Source: a virus (Duplodnaviria; Caudoviricetes). Taken from it: DNA of 64,000 nucleotides. The DNA lies in IMG/VR virus record IMGVR_UViG_3300009664_000002, positions 7,333 to 71,332 of that record; one strand, 5' to 3'. Positions 10,326 through 19,584 of this stretch are shown here, piece by piece (position 1 is the stretch's first letter; each line of letters opens with the position of its first letter). The translations under genes were made by a program, and so were the position numbers. The notes beneath the pieces were generated by a model. That model was not told where the DNA came from. It worked only from the letters and a program-made list of their open reading frames with translations, and made no database searches.

Positions 10326-12545
10326 TTAATAACCAGCATTAAATCCTTTACCGCTTAAACTATTTCCTTTAATAAGTGGTGATTTTAAAGTATAAACTAA
10401 TTCACCTGTTTGATTATTTCTTGCAATAGTTCCTTTTTGATTATTATCAAAATATTGTTTTAAAATATTATATCTTTTTTCCCTTGGTGTCAAATTTAAA
10501 GCATTTTTAAATGCACCACTATATGGTGTATTAAATTCTTCTGAAAAAACTTTTTTAAAGAAATCTAAAATAGCATTTTCATCGTTTGGGTCTAATTTAT
10601 AAAAAATTTCTTTTTTTGATTTACCAAAAATTTCATCAATATTATAATTTTCCTCTATATTCTTTTTTTTTAAATCTAAATATAAATTATATTGACTTTC
10701 AATTAGTTTATCTAATTTTTTTAATTTTGATGATTTTTTTGATTCGTTAATATTAACTTTTCTTAAACCAGAAATTTCTTCCAATCTTTTCCTAATATAA
10801 TTTCTTAAAAATTTTTCCGATTCCGATATTTTATTATCGACAGTTATTTTTTTTTTGTAGAAATTATATTGACTTTCAATTAGTTTATCTAATTTTTTCA
10901 ATTTTGATGATTTTTTAGATTCATTTATACTAACTTTTCTTAACCCAGAAATTTCTTCTAATCTTTTTCTAATATAATTTCTTAATTTTTTTTCCGATTC
11001 TGATATTTTATTATCAACATCTGGTAATACTTCAGTATTTGTCATTTCAGAAGAATTTTCCATTTTATATTGCGATAAATCAACATAACTATTTTTACTT
11101 GAAATTTGATTTCTAATTGTACTTAATAAACTAGCAACTTTTATAGGTTCTTGTCCTGCTTTTGCTGCCCCAGCATTTGCTTGTTGTATTAATTCAATTA
11201 ATTCTTTTGCTTTTTCTTGAACTTTATCAAGATAAGCATTTCTTTTTTTAGTTCCCCTTCTAATATCTTGCTTTCTACTTTGAGCAGCAGCACCTTGTTT
11301 TACATTTTCAATACCTTTATTTATTGCAGTTCCAACTTTTTTTGCTTTATCTTTTATTGGGTCAGTAATACCTTTACCAATAGTTTTAAGACCACCCCAA
11401 ATTGCACCACCCAATGCTTCTTGTAATTCAACATCAGATGTGTCTTCTAATGATTTCATTTCTGGTTCTAATTTATTGATATATTCATCACAACCATATT
11501 CATTTTTTAATACATCTATTACTTTTGGCATTAATTTAAGAAATAATGCAACTGTTTTATGGTCATCATCATATTCACCATCTTCACAAGAATTGGCATA
11601 ACCACTTATTAGATTACTCATTTCTTCAACATTACATTCCAATAATGAATCTTTATCATAACCCATTGATTCGGCATAATTAATAAATCCACTATTATTT
11701 AAATTATTTTCTGTGATATTTTCAATATCTTGTGTTGGTTCAGATATAACGTCTTTCTGCAAATCATCAATATTTTTTTCTTTTTGAAGTGCATTAATTT
11801 TTTTAGCCATATCATTAAGTAAACTTTGTTCCATTTTTAGAAAATATTCTTTAAAATAACCTAAAAACATATTTACATATGATTTTACTTGACTATCAGT
11901 TAAACTTGTTTGTTGTATTTTATTACCAATTTTTCCGATATCAGACTTAATACTATCTTTTTTATCGTCTTCATCACCAGTTGGTTCTTCAATATTTTCA
12001 TCATCTAATGATTCATCATCTGATGGTTCTTCAATATTTTCATCATCTAACGGTTCATCATCTGATGGTTCTTCAATATTTTCATCATCTAATGGTTCAT
12101 CAATATTTTCATCATCGGTTGGTTCTTCGATTGGTTCGTTTGCAGCAACATTTGCATCGTCTAATTTTTTTTCTGCTTGTTCAATTTCATCAGATATTTT
12201 ATCTTCATTAAATTTTAAACTAGTAGTTTCATTAATGGTATTTAAAAGCATGTTTCTATTTTTATCTGCTTCTGCCAATGAATTATATTGATACTGTTTT
12301 ATATTACCTAATCCACTAATATAAACAAAATCAGAAACATCTAAATTTTCTTTTAAACCACCTTTTTTTATATAATATTTATGATTTTCTTTTACTATAC
12401 CAAATGCAACACCATCCGAACTTCTTTTATAATCAATTAAAGTTCCAAGATTTCCACCTTTATTTTCATTTGTTGATGTTTTTTTAACTTCTGCCAATTC
12501 TTTTAATCTGTCATAATAGGCTTGTTCTGATATTTTTCTTTTCAT
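10326..12545 (-). CDS. Large acidic protein with internal repeats, possible scaffold/prohead core protein
   Basis: DENIEEPSDDEPL repeats, duplicated ISESEKKLRNYIRKRLEEISGLRK segment, located in head module. Confidence 0.55.
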   Translation of the reverse strand: MKRKISEQAYYDRLKELAEVKKTSTNENKGGNLGTLIDYKRSSDGVAFGIVKENHKYYIKKGGLKENLDVSDFVYISGLGNIKQYQYNSLAEADKNRNMLLNTINETTSLKFNEDKISDEIEQAEKKLDDANVAANEPIEEPTDDENIDEPLDDENIEEPSDDEPLDDENIEEPSDDESLDDENIEEPTGDEDDKKDSIKSDIGKIGNKIQQTSLTDSQVKSYVNMFLGYFKEYFLKMEQSLLNDMAKKINALQKEKNIDDLQKDVISEPTQDIENITENNLNNSGFINYAESMGYDKDSLLECNVEEMSNLISGYANSCEDGEYDDDHKTVALFLKLMPKVIDVLKNEYGCDEYINKLEPEMKSLEDTSDVELQEALGGAIWGGLKTIGKGITDPIKDKAKKVGTAINKGIENVKQGAAAQSRKQDIRRGTKKRNAYLDKVQEKAKELIELIQQANAGAAKAGQEPIKVASLLSTIRNQISSKNSYVDLSQYKMENSSEMTNTEVLPDVDNKISESEKKLRNYIRKRLEEISGLRKVSINESKKSSKLKKLDKLIESQYNFYKKKITVDNKISESEKFLRNYIRKRLEEISGLRKVNINESKKSSKLKKLDKLIESQYNLYLDLKKKNIEENYNIDEIFGKSKKEIFYKLDPNDENAILDFFKKVFSEEFNTPYSGAFKNALNLTPREKRYNILKQYFDNNQKGTIARNNQTGELVYTLKSPLIKGNSLSGKGFNAGY

Positions 12546-12611
12546 ATTGTTGTGTTATTTTAAACTCTTGTTATATTTTTTATAAATACTTATAATTGAA
12601 TAAAAAAATAA

Positions 12612-12863
12612 TCAATAAATAATTTTACGGTTTTTTTTGATTATTTTGTTTTCTATTAATTTGTTTAATATTTTAGAATTTATTAATCCTTTTCTAAAAT
12701 AGTTATCAATAACGGATTGGTTTGCTTTTGTTATTGATATATTTTCTTTTAAAAATTTTTTGTTTTTTTCAATATCTGTTAAAATATTATTATAAATTTT
12801 ATTAGATTTTTTTTCTCTAATAAATTCAATTAATTGTCTTTTTTTTATTTTAAAAATTTTCAT
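12612..12863 (-). CDS. Hypothetical protein
   Basis: Basic 83 aa ORF. Confidence 0.55.
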   Translation of the reverse strand: MKIFKIKKRQLIEFIREKKSNKIYNNILTDIEKNKKFLKENISITKANQSVIDNYFRKGLINSKILNKLIENKIIKKNRKIIY

Positions 12864-12869
12864 CGTTAT

Positions 12870-13652
12870 TTAAATCATAATCTCGTTTAAACTTAATTCA
12901 TTGGTTAAATAATCTTTTTTTGCTTGTGATAATTTTGACAAATAACCATTATTTCTTAATATTTTAAAAACCAAATTTTCTGTTGAAAATTCACCAAAAT
13001 TATTAAGACCAATTTCTCTATAATTTTTTATTTTATTTTTTAAATTATTGTAATTCTTTAAAAAATTTTTTGAATTAATATTATCAACCAAATCGTTTAT
13101 GTTATTAATCAAGTCATTTGTTTTCAATCTAATGTTTTCAACATCAACAAAAATAATTTTTTTTGTTGGTTTCACAATCCATTTATTTTTTAATAATGAA
13201 TATACACCAGACGAATGATGTTTTTGGGAACTATCCTGAAAATACATTTCAACATCACGATTTTTTATTTTAATAGAATAAGTATTAGACCATAATATTT
13301 TTTTTAGGTTAAAAAATTCACCAACAAAATCAATGTTTTCTGATATTTGCTTAAAATCTAAAATTATATGTACATCTAAATCAGAATTATCGGTATAATT
13401 ATAATTTGCCATACTACCAGTTAAAGTAATATCATTAAATTTAATATTTTCAATACCAGAAAACTCAATAAATCTTTTAGCATTTAATAATAACAATTCT
13501 CTAATATTTGAAAATAATTGATTTTCATTTTTCCAAATTTCTGATGAAAGATTATCATGGGTTTTTATAGCAGACATATTAATATCATCTTCACTTATAA
13601 TATTTTCAATTAAATTTGAAAATTCATCATCGTTTTTAAAAAAAATACTCAT
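12870..13652 (-). CDS. Pol beta-superfamily nucleotidyltransferase
   Basis: LTGSMANYNYTDNSDLDVHI (GS...DxD) plus a downstream DVEMY acidic motif. Confidence 0.8.
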   Translation of the reverse strand: MSIFFKNDDEFSNLIENIISEDDINMSAIKTHDNLSSEIWKNENQLFSNIRELLLLNAKRFIEFSGIENIKFNDITLTGSMANYNYTDNSDLDVHIILDFKQISENIDFVGEFFNLKKILWSNTYSIKIKNRDVEMYFQDSSQKHHSSGVYSLLKNKWIVKPTKKIIFVDVENIRLKTNDLINNINDLVDNINSKNFLKNYNNLKNKIKNYREIGLNNFGEFSTENLVFKILRNNGYLSKLSQAKKDYLTNELSLNEIMI

Positions 13653-13759
13653 TTAACAAAAAATTTCAATAAATTATTTTCATTTATCACAACAACAATT
13701 TTTTATAAATACTACTGACCTTTAAAGACTATTAGTATTTATATAAAAAAATTATTGTT

Positions 13760-15508
13760 ATGAATTTAAATTGTTTGAAAAATATAATAACTGACAAACT
13801 ATCGATTAATTTTGATATTTCAAATATAAATTCTTGGGATTTAAACACAGGTTTGACAATAACAAGTTTAAACAAATGGTTTGATGCAAAATCTACTGAT
13901 ATAGAAATAAATGATTTTGGATTAACTGGTTTTGATTTTGGTTTATCTAATAATATGTTAAATTCTTTAAACATAAAATCAAATGATGTTTATTTAAAAT
14001 TAAAAAGGATTGGATTTAATGAGGTTTTAAATCCTGATAATAATAATTATAGTGGAATTACAGCAACAACAAAATATGATTCACATAAAATTAATCCAAT
14101 TACTACTGGAAATACAGGTAATTATTTTATGTTAAACGGTGGTTATTTACATGGTTTTTTTAAATTATTTGGGTATGATTTTGAATTATTTCCATCAAGA
14201 TATAATAATGGTATTACTATAGAAACAATACTTTATTTAACACCAAAATCATATGGAATTTTTTATACAATGGGTGTTCGTTCTGAAGATAAATATAATC
14301 CACATTATCATGGTGAGTTTTATAGTGGTGAAACTATTAATGGTATTACAACATCATATGATAATTATTTAGAATCTTATTTCGAATATAAATCAAAAAA
14401 AACACAAATAAGGTTACCAGAAGATGCATATGATTATAAGCATAGTAAAATAGAACAAATTGAAAATTTGAAAAATAATATTATTGCGTTTGGTTTAAAT
14501 GAAAACAAAAATCTCTATTATAAATATATTGATTCAAATGGTTTAATAAAAACAAATTTATCCAATAAACCATTAACAAATACGGGTTTTACATTAATTT
14601 CAATTACATATAAACCAAATTATATTTTTGATAATAATCAACAATTAAAATGTGGAAAACAACGAATGGGAATTTTATCATTTTATGTAAATGGTCGTTT
14701 ATTTTGGAAATTAAAAGAATTTCCAGAATTTTATTTTAGAGAATTAAAAAATGATAAAGAAAAACAAATTGGTATTCCATATTCAATAAGTTGGGGTGGT
14801 GGTAGTTTTGGATTAAAACATTCATGGCATTATGATTCACAAACATATAATATTTTTACTAACCAGAATGAAGAATTTTTAAAAAACAATTTTTCTATTA
14901 TTGATGAATATGATAACATTAGTAATGATTTGGAAATAAATTTAAGCAATTCAGAAATTTCTATAAATTATATTAGTGGAAATAGCGAATATTATTTTTT
15001 AAAATTTAATAATCCAATTAAAATTTTGTCAAATAGAGATTATAAAATATCTTTTTTATTTAAAAATAATAATTTATTAGAGATAGATAACTATTTATCA
15101 AATTTTTTATTTAGTGAAACAACCGATATCAACATTTATGACGATATTGTTGAAAAATTAGAAGATGATTGGAATAAAAAGACAATTGTTTTTAGAACAG
15201 AAGATAATTCAAAAGAAAATTTTATTTATTGTGGTATTTTAATTAATTCGGAAATATTTAAACAAATAAACGATTTTTATATAAAAGATATTACATATAC
15301 TGGTTCAGATATTTTAGTTCATGATGAAAAGAAATTAAATTTAATTATTGAAAATAATTTTAATAATTCTTTTATTGGTGGAATTCAAAAATTAAGACTT
15401 TATGATAATTGTTTAAAATCTAATGAAATTTTACATAACGCAATAATTGAATCCAAAAACAATGATAATATTATTGTGGATAAAGGTGGTAGAATAATTA
15501 GAATTTAA
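13760..15508 (+). CDS. Virion protein with LamG/ConA-like domain
   Basis: LSFYVNGRL and FIGGIQKLRLYDNCLKSNEI motifs of LamG-like folds. Confidence 0.55.
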   Translation: MNLNCLKNIITDKLSINFDISNINSWDLNTGLTITSLNKWFDAKSTDIEINDFGLTGFDFGLSNNMLNSLNIKSNDVYLKLKRIGFNEVLNPDNNNYSGITATTKYDSHKINPITTGNTGNYFMLNGGYLHGFFKLFGYDFELFPSRYNNGITIETILYLTPKSYGIFYTMGVRSEDKYNPHYHGEFYSGETINGITTSYDNYLESYFEYKSKKTQIRLPEDAYDYKHSKIEQIENLKNNIIAFGLNENKNLYYKYIDSNGLIKTNLSNKPLTNTGFTLISITYKPNYIFDNNQQLKCGKQRMGILSFYVNGRLFWKLKEFPEFYFRELKNDKEKQIGIPYSISWGGGSFGLKHSWHYDSQTYNIFTNQNEEFLKNNFSIIDEYDNISNDLEINLSNSEISINYISGNSEYYFLKFNNPIKILSNRDYKISFLFKNNNLLEIDNYLSNFLFSETTDINIYDDIVEKLEDDWNKKTIVFRTEDNSKENFIYCGILINSEIFKQINDFYIKDITYTGSDILVHDEKKLNLIIENNFNNSFIGGIQKLRLYDNCLKSNEILHNAIIESKNNDNIIVDKGGRIIRI

Positions 15509-16049
15509 TATACTGATAACCAATATTGGTTAAAATAAAATTTTCAAGAAATTCTTTAATAAAAAGTTCTTTGATTTTATTTGGTGCTTCATGAAATCCA
15601 TTAAATTCAATTTCATCGCCATAATAAAATAATCTAACGTCAATATCTAACCAATTAATGTTTGTAATATATTTTGTATAATCTGGTGGCGTATAATAAT
15701 TTCCTTTTGAAGAATCGTCATATAGATTAACATTAATTTTATCACCAGTAAAATCTAGCGTGAGATTTATTGGCTTTTCGTTGCTGTCATAATTATATTC
15801 AAGATTAATAAAATATATAAAAGAAAAATCATAAAAATTATCATATGAATTTTCAGTAAAACTACTATCCTCAAGATTAAATTTTAAATTATTTTTTCTG
15901 TTAAGAATGTCTGAAATTAATTGTTTTTGAAAATCAATATTTTTTATTTTATTTAAAATATTATTCGTTTTTTCTGTTTCACCAATTCCCAAAAAATCAA
16001 AATCACTAATTGTTTCATTAATAATTCTTATGAAATCTTTTCGTAACAT
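15498..16049 (-). CDS. Hypothetical protein with N-terminal IINETI motif
   Basis: 183 aa ORF with TATTTATA upstream. Confidence 0.7.
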   Translation of the reverse strand: MLRKDFIRIINETISDFDFLGIGETEKTNNILNKIKNIDFQKQLISDILNRKNNLKFNLEDSSFTENSYDNFYDFSFIYFINLEYNYDSNEKPINLTLDFTGDKINVNLYDDSSKGNYYTPPDYTKYITNINWLDIDVRLFYYGDEIEFNGFHEAPNKIKELFIKEFLENFILTNIGYQYIKF

Positions 16050-16124
16050 TTTAATTTATTTTTTTTTATAAATACTTATCAAACATCAAACTATTTATAA
16101 TAAAATACAATATAATATAAAAAA

Positions 16125-16412
16125 ATGACTATCAATAAAAAAAGAATGTTTGAAATTAATGATTTTTTGAATTCTAATTCAAGCAAAACCAATGATTTTA
16201 AATTAGGTGATGTAAAATTCATTAATAATTTAAAAACACCAGCACTTTTAAAAGCACAATCAAGAATAAATACACAAGAAGAATTTAAACAAGCATTTGA
16301 AGATTGGTTTGGTAATTTAGGTGTTGCTAATGAATTTAAAGATAATTTTAATTCTACAACAGCAATTAATCATATAAGAGAAATTTTTAAAAATTTTGGA
16401 ATAAAACCATAA
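16125..16412 (+). CDS. Hypothetical protein
   Basis: 95 aa ORF, N-terminal KKRMFE motif. Confidence 0.65.
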   Translation: MTINKKRMFEINDFLNSNSSKTNDFKLGDVKFINNLKTPALLKAQSRINTQEEFKQAFEDWFGNLGVANEFKDNFNSTTAINHIREIFKNFGIKP

Positions 16413-16438
16413 ATTTTTGTATTTATATTTTTAAACTA

Positions 16439-16446
16439 TATATTTG
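16439..16446 (+). promoter_or_regulatory. Bacteroidota-type -7 box TAnnTTTG upstream of leader 1
   Basis: TATATTTG here; the same box occurs at 18413, 19709, 21709, 25792, 30801, 32458 and 43155. Confidence 0.6.
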
Positions 16447-16459
16447 TAAAAAATTTTTT

Positions 16460-16525
16460 ATGATATTAAATGTAAATATACAACAACCCAATTCAAATCA
16501 ACATCCAAATATATTTAGATGGTGA
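16460..16525 (+). CDS. Attenuator leader peptide 1 (MILNVNIQQPNSNQHPNIFRW)
   Basis: 21-codon ORF rich in Gln/Pro/His codons; antiterminator overlaps its stop; precedes Pro/His/Gln tRNAs. Confidence 0.8.
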   Translation: MILNVNIQQPNSNQHPNIFRW

Positions 16526-16561
16526 GGTTTGTTGTATTATTTATATTTGAAAAAATAAATT

Positions 16562-16591
16562 AAACCCCACCAAAAAAAGTGGGGTTTTTTT
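16562..16591 (+). terminator. Attenuator terminator 1
   Basis: aaaccccac/gtggggttt hairpin with U-tract; 5' arm is complementary (10/11) to tggtgaggttt at 16520-16530. Confidence 0.85.
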
Positions 16592-16616
16592 GTAACATTT
16601 TATTTAGAATAACGTA
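16591..16616 (+). promoter_or_regulatory. ECF-sigma-like promoter TGTAAC-N16-CGTA downstream of terminator 1
   Basis: One of at least 15 copies with 16-17 nt spacing. Confidence 0.65.
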
Positions 16617-16628
16617 AAAATAAAAAAT

Positions 16629-16705
16629 AGGGTAGTTGGGGAGTCAGGTCACCCCGCCACATTTGGGATGTGGAGAACTCGTGAGTTCGAATCTCACCTA
16701 CCCTA
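16629..16705 (+). tRNA. tRNA-Pro(TGG)
   Basis: Acceptor agggtag/ctaccct, anticodon arm ccaca-tttggga-tgtgg, T-loop ttcgaat. Confidence 0.9.
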
Positions 16706-16707
16706 CT

Positions 16708-16780
16708 GTGTTAGTGGACTATTGGCTGTCCGTTCAGATTGTGGCTCTGAGTGATGGGGGTTCGATTCCCCTCTAACACC
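16708..16780 (+). tRNA. tRNA-His(GTG), no encoded G-1
   Basis: gtgttag/ctaacac acceptor, C73, tcaga-ttgtggc-tctga; base -1 is T. Confidence 0.93.
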
Positions 16781-16785
16781 AAAAT

Positions 16786-16856
16786 TGCTCTATGGTGTAA
16801 TGGTAACACGTCAGAATTTGACTCTGAAGATTTAGGTTCGATTCCTTATAGAGCAA
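16786..16856 (+). tRNA. tRNA-Gln(TTG)
   Basis: tgctcta/tagagca, tcaga-atttgac-tctga. Confidence 0.92.
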
Positions 16857-16860
16857 CAAA

Positions 16861-16975
16861 ATTATAATCTAAATGAATTCGGGTGAAAAGTAGTAAGTTG
16901 GTTAAATTCCAAGTTCAATTAAAATTATGAGAAATCTAGTAAGGTGGTTCGAATCCATTATATTTGGATTATAAT
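16861..16975 (+). ncRNA. tRNA-like RNA with 15-bp terminal stem and T-arm
   Basis: 16861-16875 pairs with 16961-16975; T-arm ggtgg-ttcgaat-ccatt; central ttgg-ttaaatt-ccaa hairpin. Confidence 0.5.
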
Positions 16976-16981
16976 TTTTAA

Positions 16982-17056
16982 CTAGGTGTTCCGCAGATGG
17001 CTATACGGACATGCATTGGAAGCATGTTTTCGGGAGTTCGAATCTCTCCACCTAGA
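16982..17056 (+). tRNA. tRNA-Pro(TGG), second copy
   Basis: ctaggtg/cacctag (C1:G72, A73), catgc-attggaa-gcatg. Confidence 0.88.
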
Positions 17057-17070
17057 CTAATTTTTTTATT

Positions 17071-17442
17071 ATGAAGTATAATTTATATTTAGATGATTTT
17101 AGAAATCCAAGTGATTCTGCATATTATTTAAAAAATAATATCTATTTGAAATTGGAATGGGTTGTAGTTAGAAATTATAATGAATTTGTAAAATGTATTG
17201 AAAAAAATGGAATTCCTGAAATTATTTCATTTGACCATGATTTAGCAGATATTCATTATGATTATCAAACAGATTTATTTTCAGAAAAAACTGGTTATGA
17301 TTGTGCTAAATGGTTTATTGATTATATTATTGATAATAATTTACAATTACCAAAAAAAATATTAATCCATTCAATGAATCTAGTTGGAAGTAAAAATATT
17401 AAATCTTTATTTGATAGTTATATTAAATCATTAGAAAATTAA
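17071..17442 (+). CDS. Cyclic-phosphate-processing receiver domain protein (RNA repair associated)
   Basis: LYLDDFRNP, WVVVRNYNEF, ISFDHDL, KTGYDCAKW and IHSMN motifs. Confidence 0.78.
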   Translation: MKYNLYLDDFRNPSDSAYYLKNNIYLKLEWVVVRNYNEFVKCIEKNGIPEIISFDHDLADIHYDYQTDLFSEKTGYDCAKWFIDYIIDNNLQLPKKILIHSMNLVGSKNIKSLFDSYIKSLEN

Positions 17443-17476
17443 TAAACTATTTATATTAAAATTTTTAATTGCTATA

Positions 17477-18382
17477 ATGAATTGTTTTAATATAATTACA
17501 GAAGAAATTATTGATTTTTTTGTTAATGAAACATATAATTCAATAAATGAATTAAAAAAATTATCAAATGATATTGTTTTAAAAATAGCAAAAAATAATA
17601 TTGATAATTTTAAAAATATAAAAAAACCATTTAAAATAGAAGGAATTTTATTAAGTGAAATTAATCCTTCAAACTATGTTGAATTATATAATTTTATTAC
17701 AAAATTTGAATTATTCATACAAATAAAACCAACCGATAAATCAAAAAAAGATAAAGGTGCTTATTTTAGAATAGTTCCGTCAAATAAAAATGCATTGAAA
17801 AAGATTGAAATTTATGTTAATGAAAATGATATTCAAGAAATATTTAATGAATTGAATAATACTACAAAAGAAATTAATCATAAAGATTTATATTTTCATC
17901 TATTTCATCTTATATATAAAACATTATTACATGAATTACAACATGCATTTGATGATTTTAGAAGTGATACTAAAATATTTCAAACAAAAAAAACAATTAA
18001 ATATCACGATGATATTGATAAAATAAAAGATAATGTAAAAAATATAATAACAAAAGATTCTATTTTATTCAGTAGATATTTAAACCTTCAACATGAAGTT
18101 TGGGCTAGATTCATTCAAGCAATAAATGATATTGAATTTGTTGACCTTATAATAGATGATGAATTGAGAGATATATTAGTAAAATTAAAACCATTAGAAA
18201 TTGTTGTAAAAAAATTCATTTCAAACTATTATGGATTTAGACCATTAAATAATAAAATAAAAAAGAAATTAATTAATAAAGTTGTACAATTTTGGCATTA
18301 TGAAAAAGAAAAATTCAATAATAATGAATATGTTTCTTATGATGAATATAAACGTCAAAATAAATTAGAAAAAATATTTTAG
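17477..18382 (+). CDS. HExxH zincin-like protein with N-terminal IITEEI motif
   Basis: LLHELQHAFDD plus downstream HEVWAR. Confidence 0.6.
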   Translation: MNCFNIITEEIIDFFVNETYNSINELKKLSNDIVLKIAKNNIDNFKNIKKPFKIEGILLSEINPSNYVELYNFITKFELFIQIKPTDKSKKDKGAYFRIVPSNKNALKKIEIYVNENDIQEIFNELNNTTKEINHKDLYFHLFHLIYKTLLHELQHAFDDFRSDTKIFQTKKTIKYHDDIDKIKDNVKNIITKDSILFSRYLNLQHEVWARFIQAINDIEFVDLIIDDELRDILVKLKPLEIVVKKFISNYYGFRPLNNKIKKKLINKVVQFWHYEKEKFNNNEYVSYDEYKRQNKLEKIF

Positions 18383-18400
18383 TTTTTTTTTTGTAGTTTA

Positions 18401-18427
18401 TGTAACATTTTATATCTTTGTATCGTA
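18401..18427 (+). promoter_or_regulatory. Overlapping ECF-like (TGTAAC-N17-CGTA) and TAnnTTTG promoters for leader 2
   Basis: tgtaacattttatatctttgtatcgta; near-identical to 30789-30815. Confidence 0.7.
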
Positions 18428-18455
18428 TTTATTGAAAATATAACAAATAATTATC

Positions 18456-18554
18456 ATGAAAAATTTACTCGACATACTATCATTAAATTTAGAAAGTGTT
18501 CTATTATGGGCGGTTAACGAAGATGATTTGTTAATTGATGTCGGGTTATATTAA
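18456..18554 (+). CDS. Attenuator leader peptide 2 (MKNLLDILSLNLESVLLWAVNEDDLLIDVGLY)
   Basis: 21 of 32 residues are L/D/E/V/A/W, matching the downstream tRNAs. Confidence 0.82.
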   Translation: MKNLLDILSLNLESVLLWAVNEDDLLIDVGLY

Positions 18555-18574
18555 AAATTTAATATATAAAAATG

Positions 18575-18606
18575 AAAAAACCCCGACAATGAAGTTGGGG
18601 TTTTTT
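18575..18606 (+). terminator. Attenuator terminator 2
   Basis: aaccccgac/gttggggtt hairpin with U-tract; 5' arm can pair with gtcgggtt at 18540-18547. Confidence 0.85.
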
Positions 18607-18616
18607 GTTCTTTGAA
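18607..18616 (+). promoter_or_regulatory. boxA-like GTTCTTTGAA
   Basis: Identical 10-mer at 19721 (before tmRNA) and 31030 (before tRNA cluster 4). Confidence 0.6.
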
Positions 18617-18636
18617 TGTTTGTAAATTTTTTATTG

Positions 18637-18708
18637 GGTCTTTGTAGTGTAATGGTTAGCATACCACACTGTCGATGTGGTGGCGGGGTTCGAATCCCAC
18701 AAAGACCG
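18637..18708 (+). tRNA. tRNA-Asp(GTC)
   Basis: ggtcttt/aaagacc, G73, ccaca-ctgtcga-tgtgg. Confidence 0.93.
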
Positions 18709-18715
18709 CAAATAT

Positions 18716-18787
18716 GTTCCCATCTTCTAAGGGTTAGGATATCACCCCTTCAAGGTGAAGATATGGGTTCAAATCCCATTGGGAATA
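18716..18787 (+). tRNA. tRNA-Glu(TTC), C at position 33
   Basis: gttccca/tgggaat, tcacc-ccttcaa-ggtga. Confidence 0.88.
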
Positions 18788-18794
18788 CAAACAT

Positions 18795-18865
18795 AGGAAA
18801 TTGGTGTAATGGTAGCGCATTTGGCTTACATCCAAAAAGAAATGGTTCGATTCCATTATTTCCTA
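18795..18865 (+). tRNA. tRNA-Val(TAC)
   Basis: aggaaat/atttcct, tttgg-cttacat-ccaaa. Confidence 0.9.
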
Positions 18866-18877
18866 CAATAAAAAAAA

Positions 18878-18965
18878 CCTCTTGTGGTGAAACTGGAATA
18901 CACGGTAGTCTTAGGAACTACTGCGAAGTAATAGTAGCATGTCGGTTCGAATCCGACCAAGAGGA
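18878..18965 (+). tRNA. tRNA-Leu(TAG)
   Basis: cctcttg/caagagg, gtagt-cttagga-actac, long variable arm. Confidence 0.92.
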
Positions 18966-18975
18966 CTGAATAAAT

Positions 18976-19049
18976 GGGGGTGCATGTACCAAGGCTGGCG
19001 AGAAACACTTGCAATGTTTCTGTGGTGGGTTCGTTTCCCATCATCTCCA
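18976..19049 (+). tRNA. tRNA-Ala(TGC)
   Basis: G3:U70 in gggggtg/catctcc, aaaca-cttgcaa-tgttt. Confidence 0.9.
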
Positions 19050-19082
19050 CAAAAATTATTACTATTTATTATAAAAAAAGAA

Positions 19083-19577
19083 ATGGAATATTTAAAATAT
19101 TTTTGGGGTTTTATGTTATTTGTTTTTATATCATATATTTCATTTGTTTGGATTAAATATGGTATACAACGTAGCATTTCTGATAGTTACTACAAATTAT
19201 CAAAAAAATTACAACCATTATTTGTCTTTTTTTGTTGGGGATTTGCATTTCCTGCAATAGTAATAGGTGTTACATTAACTGATAATTTTTTAATGTTTTT
19301 AGCGGGTACGGGTATTTGTTTCGTTGGTGCAGCAGCAGCATTTAAAGAAAATTTAACAAAAATTGTTCATATGATTGGTGCTTATGGTGGTGTGTTCTTT
19401 AGTCAATTATCAATTGCGTTAGATTTTAAAATGTTTTATGTTAATATTATTTTCATTACTATTGCAATAATATTTGAGATTTTATCCTATATGAAAAAAA
19501 TGAATAATAAAATTTGGTGGCAAGAAATTTTAGCATTTTTATCAATAGTCTTTGTTTTTTATTGTAATTTATTTTAA
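19083..19577 (+). CDS. Multi-pass membrane protein
   Basis: ATG at 19083 (MEYLKYFWG...); several hydrophobic helices; the longer track ORF overlaps tRNAs. Confidence 0.8.
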   Translation: MEYLKYFWGFMLFVFISYISFVWIKYGIQRSISDSYYKLSKKLQPLFVFFCWGFAFPAIVIGVTLTDNFLMFLAGTGICFVGAAAAFKENLTKIVHMIGAYGGVFFSQLSIALDFKMFYVNIIFITIAIIFEILSYMKKMNNKIWWQEILAFLSIVFVFYCNLF

Positions 19578-19584
19578 ACAAAAT

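Noticed and set aside
16708-16780. Alternative numbering giving tRNA-His an encoded G-1
   Set aside because: It would shorten the acceptor stem and misplace U8/A14. The conserved His start G1-T2-G3 and the T-arm register support T at -1.
16900-16925. Assigning an anticodon (AAA, TAA or ATT) to the tRNA-like element
   Set aside because: Loop geometry or conserved bases (U33, purine 37) fail in each register; left unassigned.
18616-19177. Track ORFs 18616..18969, 18856..19050, 18911..19177, 18974..19156
   Set aside because: They overlap well-formed tRNA genes; shadows of locally higher GC.
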